A stretch of 32,000 nt of DNA from Phycisphaera mikurensis NBRC 102666 (GTDB taxonomy: Bacteria; Planctomycetota; Phycisphaerae; Phycisphaerales; Phycisphaeraceae). The position numbers and the translations under genes were made by a program. The stretch covers positions 1,410,001 through 1,442,000 of the forward strand of contig NC_017080.1 in NCBI RefSeq assembly GCF_000284115.1. The letters are read 5' to 3'. Numbering within the stretch: position 1 is the first letter of the stretch; every line of letters begins with the position of its first letter. The notes under the pieces are model-generated. The model was given only the letters and a program-made list of their open reading frames with translations, made no database searches and was not told where the DNA came from. Below, piece by piece: positions 16,885 to 25,329 of this stretch.

Positions 16885-19334
16885 GGCAGGCCGGCGGCTT
16901 TGCGGGCGATCCAGAGGGCGGACCAGATCCCGAGGAGGCCCGCGAGCACGGAGCCGGTGTCCCACAGCGGCTCGGGCCTCGGCGGCCGCGTGCGGCTGAT
17001 CGCCACGTCGTCGAGGTGGTCGATGAGGCTACGCGGGTCGGCGGGGTCGAGCACCTCCCCGCCGGTGCGGGCGGCGATCTCGCGCATCGCCGCGGCGTCG
17101 GCGGAGACCAGCGTCCGCTCCAGCCCCAGCGGCCGGACGTTGAGCAGGCGGACGACCGGCTCTTGCTCGCCGTCTCCGTCACCCGCCCACCCGCGGACGG
17201 TGTGCAGGCCGGGCTCCTCGGGCTTGAACGACAGGCTCAGCCCGTCGCGGTCCGCGGATTCTCCCGCCGCCGAAACGTCGGTCGCCGGCCGCAGCCGCGT
17301 CACCCGGCCCGAGGGCGGCGTCACCTCCACCCGCGCCGCCGCGGGCTCCACGCCGGGTCCAAGAAGCAGCCCGATGCGGACCTCCTCGCCCGGCGTCGCG
17401 GGTCCGTCGGGCATCGCCAGCCGCAGCGCCGAGGACGACGAGCCGCCGTCGGCGTCGGCCGAGCCGAACAGCAGCCCGCGGACGAGCCCGGCCCAGAGCG
17501 CGTCGTAGCGGGCGCGGGTTTCGGAAGGACCGCCCAGGCTCGTCGCGTCCGGCAGCGCCCACCGCCACAGCCCCTCGCCCAGCACCGCCAGCACCGAGCC
17601 GCGACCGACCGGCATCGCCACCAGCGCGGGCGCGGCCGGGTCGTCGGCCGCCCGCAGCAGCACCCGCGTCGCGGGCTTTGGCGAGAGCCCACGCTCCAGC
17701 CACCGCAGCGGCGGCGGGGCGGCGCGGACCGCCGCCGCCGCGGTGGCCCCGAACACACCGTCCGCGCCATCGGCCCCCTCGACGAGCGTCGTGCCCGCCC
17801 CGGTCGCGGTTCCCGCGCCCGCGACGACCGGGTCCAGCCGCGACGCCGCCGGCGTCGACAACGCCGCCGGCCGCCCGCGCGTCAGCACCAGGTGCCCGCC
17901 GCCCTCGACCCAGCCGGCAAGCGCCGCCCACTGGCCCGCCGAGAGCACGTCGTCGAGCCGCCGGCCGAGCATCACCACTTCGAAGGCGCTGAAGTCCAGC
18001 CGCTGGACGGCGTCCTCCGGGGACGGATCGTCCGCCGCGGAAGCGGTCGGAGGTCCCGCCGTTCCGCCCGCGTCCGCGCCGGACCTCAGCCGCTCCCAAC
18101 GCCCCTCGGTGACCCGCGTCACCTGCTCCACCGCCACCGCCGCGTCGGCCCGCAGCGCCTGGGCGATGAACTTCGTGTCCCAGTACGGCTGGCCCTCCAG
18201 CACCAGCACCCGCAGCCGCACCGGGGCCAGCGGCACCCGCACCTCCTGGCGGTTGTTCGCCTCGGCCGCCTCGCCGTCCACCGGCACCAGCGACACCGCC
18301 AGCCGCACGCCCGTCACCCCCTCGGCCCGCTCCAGCCGCCCGTCGGGCTTCGGCCGCAGCGCCCCCATCGCCCGCAGCGCCTCCAGCGGAACCGGCACCG
18401 GCAGCGTCTGCAGCAGCGAGCGATCGGCGCGCAGATCCGCCTCGTAGAGCAGGACCTCCTCCGCCGACTCGCCCGCCTCGCCGTCCGCCCGGCCCGTCAC
18501 CCGCACCGTCGACGAAGTGCCCGCCGCCGCCGCCCGCGTCGCGCTCAGCGTCACCTCCGCCGCGCCCGGCTCGCCGGCGATCCAGAAGGCGGTGGTGGGC
18601 GCCACCGACACCGCGAGGTCGAAGGGTGGCGGCGCCGCCTCGCCGACCGTCACCGTGTGGACGGCGAGCCCGCGGGTCTTTGCACGCTGCAGCCGCTCAC
18701 GCAGCGCCGGACTCAACACCGCGCCTTCGGGATCGGGCGCGATCGTCTCGCGGCCGTCGGAGAGCAGCACGACGGCGGGCGCCCCGAGGGGATCGTCGGC
18801 GATCGCCGCCGGCGCGGACGCCAACGCCGCGTCCATCGCCGCGATGAGCGACGTGTCGCCCGCGTCTTCCGCGTCGCCCTCCTCCCGGATCCGCTGGTCG
18901 AAGCCGACCACGCTCACCCGCGCCCCGCGCGCCCACGCCTCGCCCCCCCCGGCCAGCGGTCCCACCCACGCCTCCTCCACGAAAGCGGCGCGGCTTTTTC
19001 CGTCGGCCGCGTCCTTGGTCGCCATCGAGCCCGACCGATCGACCACCAGCAGCACCTCCGGCCGCCGCGCCTCGCCGCTGCCGCCGGTCATCTCCTGCGG
19101 GTTGAGCGCGAGCGCGGCGAGGCCGAGGAGCAGGGCGGAGCGGGCGAGCCACTCGACGACGATCACGGCAGAACGCCCGGCGCCGAGCCCGCCGCTGCGC
19201 AGCGCCTGCACCGCCACCGCGGCGACCCAGACCAGCCCGATCCCAAGCCCGGCGGCGATGGCGGCCGGCGGCAGCGCCGGCGCGAGCGTGACGCCTTCGG
19301 GCAGCCGCAGCAGCGTCTCCAGCGGCTCAGCCAT
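16881..19334 (-). CDS. VWA domain membrane protein (BatB-like) with GATase1-like middle region and C-terminal TM anchor
   Basis: ORF 16881..19334. N-terminal TM helices. MIDAS motif VVDRSGSM. VLVLEGQPYWDTKF block. C-terminal helix VLAGLLGIWSALWIA. Confidence 0.75.
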   Translation of the reverse strand: MAEPLETLLRLPEGVTLAPALPPAAIAAGLGIGLVWVAAVAVQALRSGGLGAGRSAVIVVEWLARSALLLGLAALALNPQEMTGGSGEARRPEVLLVVDRSGSMATKDAADGKSRAAFVEEAWVGPLAGGGEAWARGARVSVVGFDQRIREEGDAEDAGDTSLIAAMDAALASAPAAIADDPLGAPAVVLLSDGRETIAPDPEGAVLSPALRERLQRAKTRGLAVHTVTVGEAAPPPFDLAVSVAPTTAFWIAGEPGAAEVTLSATRAAAAGTSSTVRVTGRADGEAGESAEEVLLYEADLRADRSLLQTLPVPVPLEALRAMGALRPKPDGRLERAEGVTGVRLAVSLVPVDGEAAEANNRQEVRVPLAPVRLRVLVLEGQPYWDTKFIAQALRADAAVAVEQVTRVTEGRWERLRSGADAGGTAGPPTASAADDPSPEDAVQRLDFSAFEVVMLGRRLDDVLSAGQWAALAGWVEGGGHLVLTRGRPAALSTPAASRLDPVVAGAGTATGAGTTLVEGADGADGVFGATAAAAVRAAPPPLRWLERGLSPKPATRVLLRAADDPAAPALVAMPVGRGSVLAVLGEGLWRWALPDATSLGGPSETRARYDALWAGLVRGLLFGSADADGGSSSSALRLAMPDGPATPGEEVRIGLLLGPGVEPAAARVEVTPPSGRVTRLRPATDVSAAGESADRDGLSLSFKPEEPGLHTVRGWAGDGDGEQEPVVRLLNVRPLGLERTLVSADAAAMREIAARTGGEVLDPADPRSLIDHLDDVAISRTRPPRPEPLWDTGSVLAGLLGIWSALWIARKAAGLP

Positions 19335-21357
19335 CCGGCGTCGCCCTCCGCTGCAGCAGGATCTCCGCCAGCACGAGCGCGGCGACCACCGCCGCCGCGA
19401 GGCCGAACAGCGGCGTGCCCCGCCCCGCCCGCGCCGCCGCGGACGCCTGGGCGGAGCTCATCTCCGCCCCCGCTTCGCCGCCGCCCACGCCCGCGGTCCG
19501 CGCCCAGAGCTCCGCGGCCGCGGCCGCGATCTGCTCGCGCGGCAGCCGTCGCAGGTCGCCGTGGTCGGTGGCGGCGACCGCCGCCGGAGCTTCCGCGTCC
19601 GCCTCACGCGCGCCTGCCGTCACCCGCAGCCCCAGCGCGTCGACCGCGCCGCGGACGAGCCCGACGAAGACGCCGCGTCGCGGCAGCGAGCCGCCCTCGG
19701 GCCCGACCCCGAAGCCAAACGACAGCAGGCCGCCCGCCGCGGATGCTGGAGCCTCGCCCCCGGGAGCCGCCGGCCGCCACACCGCCGCGGGCTTCCCGTC
19801 CGACCAGCGCAGCAGCACCTCGGCGTCGCCGCCGGCCTGCGCCTCTTCGGCGAGGTCCGCCCGGCCGGCCCAGCGGACGCCGCCCAGCGCCGCCCCGCCC
19901 CGGGCGTCGAGCCCCGCGAGCAGCGCCGCCGCCAGCGGCGTCGGCGCCGCGGAGGCCACCAGCTCCGGCGACGCCCGGTCCGGGTCGAAGGACTCCCAGC
20001 CGTCGTCGCCCGGGGCCGGGAACCGCACCGCCGCACCGCCGGCCGCCGCCACCGCTTCGGCCACCTCCGCCCGCCGCCCGGCCGGCGCCGCGTCCGCCGC
20101 GACGATCACCACCCGGCCGCCGTCGCCCGCCTCGCCGGCTTCCGGCGCGTTGCCCGTCCAGCTCAAGTCGAAGCGGCTCCGCTCGGCATCCGGCTCCAGC
20201 GCCCGCCACAGGTACGCCGCCGCCGTTGCGTCCGCCGCCCGCCGCAGCCGCGCCCGTGGGTCGGCCACGCTCCAAACCGTCACCGGCACCCGCCGCACCG
20301 CCGGGATCAGCAGCTCCACCGCGTCGTCGCCGGCGAGCCCGTCCGCGCCGCCGGATCCCGCCGCCAGCGCCAGCCGCACCCGCCGCGGCTCGGGCCCGCC
20401 CGCGATCAACACCGTCGATGCCGCCTCCCACGCCGCGCCCGGCCGGCCCGGGTCCTCGGCCACCGTGCCGACCGGCTCGTCGTTCACCGCGAGCGTCAGC
20501 GCCGGCGACGCGGGAGCGTGCTTGCCCTGCGACGCCCCCAGCCGGATCCGCACCTCCGCCGGCTGCGCCCCCACCGGCGGCACGACCTCCGCGACCGCCA
20601 CCTGAGCGTTCGGCAGCGCCGCCGCCAGCGCCGGGACCACCGTGACGGCCGGCGTGTCCTCGCCCGCCGCCCCCGCCAGCTCCGCCGCCAGCGGCGCCCA
20701 ATCTTCCGCCTGCGCGTCGGTGACCACCGCCACCCGCACCGCGGCTCCGCCCGCCCGCTCGGCCAGCTGCGCCCCCCGCACGAACGCACCCCGCCAGTCC
20801 GCCAGGCCCTCGGGTCCACCCCCCGCCGCGAGCCGCGCCGCCAGCCGCTCCCGCAGCGCCGCGAGGTTCGTCGTGAACTCCGGCAGCACCGGCTCCACGC
20901 CCGTGCCCACGACGAGCACGGCCGCCGCGTCCAGCCCCGGCGACAGGTCCGCCAGCAGTTGGTCCGCCGCGTCGGCGATCGCCTCCGCCGCCTGGACTCC
21001 CCGCGCGTCCCGCTGCGCCGTCGACCCGCTGAGATCCACGAACACCAGCAGCGAACGTCCCGCCGCGTCGGCCAGCGCCTCCCCGCCCGCCGCGGCCGCC
21101 TCGCGCGACGGCCCGCCCAGCCAGCGCGGCTGGGCGAACAGCACCGCCAGCAGCAGGACCGCCAGTGCCCGCGCCGCCAGCAGCAGGTACCGCCGCAGCC
21201 GCTCGGCCCCGGTTTCCCGCGGGCGGCTCGCTGCGAAGAAGCGGACACCCGGCACCGGCACCGCCGCTCCTGCCGGCCGCCGCAGCAGGTGGATCGCCAC
21301 CGGCAGCGCCGCCGCGAGCGACGCCCACAGGAACGCAGGCGCCGCGAAGGCGATCAC
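19327..21357 (-). CDS. BatA N-terminal double-TM domain / VWA-like protein
   Basis: Within ORF 19327..22164. GTG at 21357 overlaps the DUF58 stop (GTGA). N-terminus FAAPAFLWASLAAALPVAIHLLRR is the aerotolerance-regulator N-terminal motif. DLSGS MIDAS-like motif follows the second TM helix. Confidence 0.7.
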   Translation of the reverse strand: MIAFAAPAFLWASLAAALPVAIHLLRRPAGAAVPVPGVRFFAASRPRETGAERLRRYLLLAARALAVLLLAVLFAQPRWLGGPSREAAAAGGEALADAAGRSLLVFVDLSGSTAQRDARGVQAAEAIADAADQLLADLSPGLDAAAVLVVGTGVEPVLPEFTTNLAALRERLAARLAAGGGPEGLADWRGAFVRGAQLAERAGGAAVRVAVVTDAQAEDWAPLAAELAGAAGEDTPAVTVVPALAAALPNAQVAVAEVVPPVGAQPAEVRIRLGASQGKHAPASPALTLAVNDEPVGTVAEDPGRPGAAWEAASTVLIAGGPEPRRVRLALAAGSGGADGLAGDDAVELLIPAVRRVPVTVWSVADPRARLRRAADATAAAYLWRALEPDAERSRFDLSWTGNAPEAGEAGDGGRVVIVAADAAPAGRRAEVAEAVAAAGGAAVRFPAPGDDGWESFDPDRASPELVASAAPTPLAAALLAGLDARGGAALGGVRWAGRADLAEEAQAGGDAEVLLRWSDGKPAAVWRPAAPGGEAPASAAGGLLSFGFGVGPEGGSLPRRGVFVGLVRGAVDALGLRVTAGAREADAEAPAAVAATDHGDLRRLPREQIAAAAAELWARTAGVGGGEAGAEMSSAQASAAARAGRGTPLFGLAAAVVAALVLAEILLQRRATPDG

Positions 21358-22352
21358 GGTGAACCCCCCGTTGCGCTTCCGTCGCAGATCGCCGCCGCCA
21401 CCTCCCACGGCGGCGCGTCCTGCACCACCCGCCGGCAGAAGCCGCCCGCCGCCCGCACCCGCGCCGCCAGCAGGTCCGCCTCCTCCCGCACCCGCTCCCG
21501 GTACGCCTCCCGCCACCCCGCGTCCAGCCGCACGACCCGCCCGGTCTCCACGTCCCGCACCCGGGCGCGCGTCACGCCAGCCGGCGGCTCCCACTCCTGG
21601 GGGTGCAGCGTGTGGACCACCTCCACCGCGTGCCCCTGCGCGGTCAGCCCGCGGACCGCGGCCGCGAACGCCTCGTCCTGCCCACGGTCCGCGGCGAGCC
21701 CGTCGGTGAAGACCTTCACGCTCGCTCGCCTCCGCAGGCCCCGGCCGACGCCCCGCAGCCCCGCCGCCAGGTCGGCCTTGTTCAGCGGCTTGATCAGCTC
21801 GCACCCGCGGACGACCAGCCCCAGCGCCGCCGATCCCCGCAGCGGCCCGGTCCGCCGCAGGTCGTGCCCGGCCGCTCGCTGCACGACCGCCAGCTCCACC
21901 GGGTCGCGCTGGCGGACCGCCACCGCCGCGAGCAGGCACGCGACCGCCGAGGCGTGGCGCAGCTTGGTGAAGCTGCGCCACGCCGTTGAGGGATCGTCGT
22001 CTCCCGGCGACCGCCGCGACCACGGCCGCGCCGCGGCCTTCGGCTTCGGCCACCCGCTCCAGCCCATCGACGCCGACGCGTCGAGCACCAGGTGCAGCGT
22101 GAGGTCGGTCGTGTCCTCGAACATCCGCAGATACAAACGCTCGGTCCGGCCGTAGACCTTCCAATCCACGTCGCGCACGTCGTCCCCCGGCACGTACGCC
22201 CGGTACCCCGTGAAGTCGTGGGCCCGCCCGCGCCGGCGGATCCGGTGCGACCCCTGCGCCGCCCCCGCCCGCGCCGCCGCCCGCGCCGGCGGCTCCAGCG
22301 TCCGCCCGCGCAGCGTCTCCAGGCCGAGCAGCAGGACCGAGGGGCTCGGCAT
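21354..22352 (-). CDS. DUF58 domain protein
   Basis: Within ORF 21354..22391. ATG at 22352 preferred over TTG at 22391. Signature YRAYVPGDDVRDVDWKVYGRTERLYLRMFE followed by VLDASASM. Confidence 0.8.
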   Translation of the reverse strand: MPSPSVLLLGLETLRGRTLEPPARAAARAGAAQGSHRIRRRGRAHDFTGYRAYVPGDDVRDVDWKVYGRTERLYLRMFEDTTDLTLHLVLDASASMGWSGWPKPKAAARPWSRRSPGDDDPSTAWRSFTKLRHASAVACLLAAVAVRQRDPVELAVVQRAAGHDLRRTGPLRGSAALGLVVRGCELIKPLNKADLAAGLRGVGRGLRRRASVKVFTDGLAADRGQDEAFAAAVRGLTAQGHAVEVVHTLHPQEWEPPAGVTRARVRDVETGRVVRLDAGWREAYRERVREEADLLAARVRAAGGFCRRVVQDAPPWEVAAAICDGSATGGSP

Positions 22353-22389
22353 CACGGGCACCCGCCGCGTCTTGGCAAGAAGCCGAGGC

Positions 22390-22519
22390 AAGCCGCGGAT
22401 GTCACGGATGAAACGGATTCAGAGGAAACGCGTTGGCCGCAACGCTCGTTTCGTCGATGGGGGCGCGAAGGATCGTGGTACCTCTTTCTCATCCCTGCGA
22501 TCCGTGACATCCGCGGCTT
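22390..22519. repeat. 20-bp perfect inverted repeat with nested hairpin in the moxR-DUF58 spacer
   Basis: AAGCCGCGGATGTCACGGAT (22390-22409) is the exact reverse complement of ATCCGTGACATCCGCGGCTT (22500-22519). Each arm carries three CGGAT/ATCC units at 9-nt spacing. Inner imperfect stem AACGCGTTG..CAACGC(TC)GTT around 22427-22450. Confidence 0.85.
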
Positions 22520-22543
22520 CTCTTCTCTCGGCCCGGCGCCGCT

Positions 22544-23668
22544 TCACCCCAGCACGCCGAGGATCTTCTCGACAACCGCCTCCGACGTGATCCCCGAGCC
22601 CGCGGCCGAGAAGCCCGGGATCACCCGGTGCCGCAGCACGAAGGGCGCGACCTCGCGGACGTGGCCCAGCGTCGCCGCCGGCTCGCCGTCGAGCACCGCC
22701 AGCGCCTTGGCCCCCATCACCAGCGCCTGCGCCGCGCGCGGCCCCGCGCCGAAGGCGACGTGGCTCCGCACCCACGCCTCCAGCTTCTCCACCTCCGGCG
22801 TCCGCCGCCCGATCCCCACCGTCGCGTGCGGCGAGTCCTTCGGCGGCTCCGCCGGCTTCTTCTTCGCAAGCAGCCGGCTCTTCGTTTCGCCCGCCGCCCG
22901 CGCCTCCTCAAGCGTGGGGCCCGGCGTCGGCCGCGTCAGCCGCACCAGGTCCAGCGCCAGCTCCACCACGTGCTCGGGCGCCGGCACCCGCCGCACGAGC
23001 TTCTGCGCCTCCACCAGCTCGTCCATCGACGGCAGACCCTCCGCATCGATCCTCGTTCCTTCGGGCCCCGCCACGCCGGTCGTCGCCTCCACCACCCGCC
23101 GCTCGTTCGCCCGGTCCGGGTAGCCCAGCGGGCAGGAGAACAGGAACCGGTCCAGCTGCGCCTCGGGCAGCGGGTACGTGCCCTCCTGCTCGATGGGGTT
23201 CTGCGTCGCCACCACCATGAAGGGCCGCTCGATCGCGTGCCGCGTCCCCATCGCGGTCACCTGCCGCTCCTGCATCGCCTCCAGCAGCGCCGCCTGCGTC
23301 TTGGGCGGGGTCCGGTTGATCTCGTCGGCCAGCAGCAGATTCGTGAACACCGGCCCGGGAACGAAACGCATCGAGCGATGACCCTCGCCGTCCTCGTCCA
23401 GCAGCTCCATGCCGGTGATGTCCGCGGGCATCAGGTCCGGCGTGAACTGGATCCGCCGCGTGCCCCAGCCCAGCCCGTCCGCCAGCGTCCGCACCAGCAG
23501 CGTCTTGGCCAGCCCCGGCACCCCCACCAGCAGCACGTGCCCCTCGCACAGCAGCCCCGCCAGCAGCACCCGCACCGCCGTTTCCTGCCCGATCACCACC
23601 GCCCCGACCCGCTCCTGCAGCCGGCCGAGCTTCCGGGAGGCCTCGTCCAGCTGCGCCGCGTCGTCCAC
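22544..23668 (-). CDS. MoxR-family AAA+ ATPase
   Basis: ORF 22544..23668 (GTG start). Walker A GVPGLAKT, Walker B LLLADEINR, VVATQNPIEQEGTYPLPEAQLDRF, GAGPRAAQ. Confidence 0.9.
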   Translation of the reverse strand: MDDAAQLDEASRKLGRLQERVGAVVIGQETAVRVLLAGLLCEGHVLLVGVPGLAKTLLVRTLADGLGWGTRRIQFTPDLMPADITGMELLDEDGEGHRSMRFVPGPVFTNLLLADEINRTPPKTQAALLEAMQERQVTAMGTRHAIERPFMVVATQNPIEQEGTYPLPEAQLDRFLFSCPLGYPDRANERRVVEATTGVAGPEGTRIDAEGLPSMDELVEAQKLVRRVPAPEHVVELALDLVRLTRPTPGPTLEEARAAGETKSRLLAKKKPAEPPKDSPHATVGIGRRTPEVEKLEAWVRSHVAFGAGPRAAQALVMGAKALAVLDGEPAATLGHVREVAPFVLRHRVIPGFSAAGSGITSEAVVEKILGVLG

Positions 23669-23723
23669 GCCGCGCAGGCTACCGACGCCGGTTCGCGGCG
23701 TGCGGCGGCTGGGGGTGCGGCTC

Positions 23724-23745
23724 GGCCCGGCCCGGCCCGGCCCGG
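23724..23745. repeat. pentanucleotide microsatellite (GGCCC)x4
   Basis: ggcccggcccggcccggcccgg read directly, ending 1 nt from the ABC ATPase stop codon (23747-23749), in the 78-nt spacer before moxR. Confidence 0.8.
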
Positions 23746-23746
23746 C

Positions 23747-24538
23747 TCAGCCGGTCATGCGGCCGAGGAAGGCGCGGGCACGCTCGGTCCGGGGGCTCGC
23801 GAAGAACGCTCCCGCCGGTCCGGCCTCCGCGATGACGCCGCCATCGAGGAACACGGCGTGGTCGGCCACCTCGGCGGCGAAGGCGATCTCGTGGGTCACC
23901 ACGACCATCGTCGTCTCGCAGGCGAGCTCGCGCATCACCGCGAGCACCTCGCCAACGGTCTCGGGGTCGAGCGCACTGGTGGGCTCGTCGAACAGCAGCG
24001 CCTTGGGACGCATCGCCAGGGCGCGGGCGATCGCGACGCGCTGCTTCTGCCCGCCGGAGAGCATCGACGGGTACGCGTCCGCCTTGTCGGCGAGGCCGAC
24101 CCGCCCGAGCAGCGCCTCCGCCTCGGCGTCGGCTTGCTCTCTGGCGGCGCCGGCGATCTTCCGCGGGGCGAGCGTGATGTTCTTGCGGACGGACAGGTGC
24201 GGGAACAGGTTGAAGTGCTGGAAGACCATCCCCAGGTTCCGGCGGAGCCCGTTGAGCTTCTGCGGCGAGGCCTTGGGCTTCTCCGTGCAGAACACGCGGT
24301 CGCCGGCGACGTCGATGGTTCCGGCGTCGGGCGTTTCGAGCAGGTTCATGCAGCGGAGCAGCGTGGACTTGCCCGACCCCGACGGCCCCAGCAGCACGTT
24401 GACCGTGCCGGGCGCGACGTCGAGGTCGACGCCGCGGAGGACCTCGAGCGCACCGAAGCGCTTGGTCAGGCCGCGGACCGCGATCAGCGGATCGCCTCCG
24501 GGGCCACGGTCCGCGGCGGGGGAGGGAGGTCGGTTCAT
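23747..24538 (-). CDS. polar amino-acid ABC transporter ATP-binding protein
   Basis: Within ORF 23747..25378. ATG at 24538 overlaps the permease stop (ATGA). Walker A GPSGSGKST, signature LSGGQKQR, Walker B LLFDEPTSALD, MVFQHFNLFPH typical of the GlnQ/HisP group. Confidence 0.9.
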   Translation of the reverse strand: MNRPPSPAADRGPGGDPLIAVRGLTKRFGALEVLRGVDLDVAPGTVNVLLGPSGSGKSTLLRCMNLLETPDAGTIDVAGDRVFCTEKPKASPQKLNGLRRNLGMVFQHFNLFPHLSVRKNITLAPRKIAGAAREQADAEAEALLGRVGLADKADAYPSMLSGGQKQRVAIARALAMRPKALLFDEPTSALDPETVGEVLAVMRELACETTMVVVTHEIAFAAEVADHAVFLDGGVIAEAGPAGAFFASPRTERARAFLGRMTG

Positions 24539-25290
24539 GGACGCTTCGTCCCCGCCGCCAAGCGGCGGTCCAGGAGCCCGAGGAGGCGCGAAACCGTGAA
24601 GACCAGGACGAAGTAGGTCGCGGCGATGGCGAGGTAGGTGGGGAAGACGGCGTACGTGCGGGCGGCGTAGAGCTGGCCGGTGCGGACGATCTCGGTGACG
24701 GCGATCACCGACAGCAGGCTCGTGTCCTTGAGCAGCGTGATCAGCTCGTTGCCCATCGGCGGCAGCGCCCGCACCAGCGCCTGCGGGGCCACGACGTGGC
24801 GGAAGGTGGCGAGGCGGCCCAGGCCCAGCGAGCGGGCGGCCTCGGCCTGGCCGCCGTCGATCGACCGCAGCGCAGCCCGGTAGATCTCCGAGAGGTAGGC
24901 CCCCGAGTTCAGGCCGCAGGCCAGCGTCCCCGCGACGATGGCGTCCTTCACCCAGACGCTCTCGCCGAAGCCCAGCTCGAAGCTGAAGGGCCGCCCCGTG
25001 AGCTGGATCATCAGCGCCGGCACGCCGAAGTACAGGAACAGGATCTGCACGAGCAGCGGCGTGCCGCGGATCGCGTCCACGTAGGCCAGGCACGGCCACC
25101 GCAGGAACCACAGCCCGTGCAGCCGGAGCAGCGCGATCGTGAGCCCGATGCAGATCCCGATCACCTCCGCCACCGCCGCGACGCAGACCGTGATGCCCGC
25201 CCCGCGGAGGAGCGCAGGCAAAACCGCCAGGAAGTGGTCGACCCCGGAAGGGGCCTCCGTCGCGGCTTGGGCGAGGAGGTGGAGGCTCAT
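24535..25290 (-). CDS. polar amino-acid ABC transporter permease
   Basis: ORF 24535..25290. Multi-TM protein. IRGTPLLVQILFLYFG and EAARSLGL motifs of the His/Glu/Gln/Arg permease family. Confidence 0.85.
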   Translation of the reverse strand: MSLHLLAQAATEAPSGVDHFLAVLPALLRGAGITVCVAAVAEVIGICIGLTIALLRLHGLWFLRWPCLAYVDAIRGTPLLVQILFLYFGVPALMIQLTGRPFSFELGFGESVWVKDAIVAGTLACGLNSGAYLSEIYRAALRSIDGGQAEAARSLGLGRLATFRHVVAPQALVRALPPMGNELITLLKDTSLLSVIAVTEIVRTGQLYAARTYAVFPTYLAIAATYFVLVFTVSRLLGLLDRRLAAGTKRP

Positions 25291-25329
25291 GCGTCGCGGG
25301 TGCGTCCCGGAGCAGCGGCCGCGGCGGTC

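Noticed and set aside
13771-22155. Plus-strand ORFs of 1245, 1209 and 1212 aa (13771..17508, 17016..20645, 18517..22155), plus minus-strand alternates such as 19604..21328.
   Set aside because: They lie antisense to or out of frame with the MoxR/VWA cluster genes, which have recognisable motifs and coupled starts. Their translations are R/P/A/G low complexity.
22353-22391. TTG start at 22391 for the DUF58 gene, as implied by the ORF track.
   Set aside because: It would place the start codon inside the 20-bp inverted-repeat arm. The in-frame ATG at 22352 gives an N-terminus of typical DUF58 length. The start remains uncertain.
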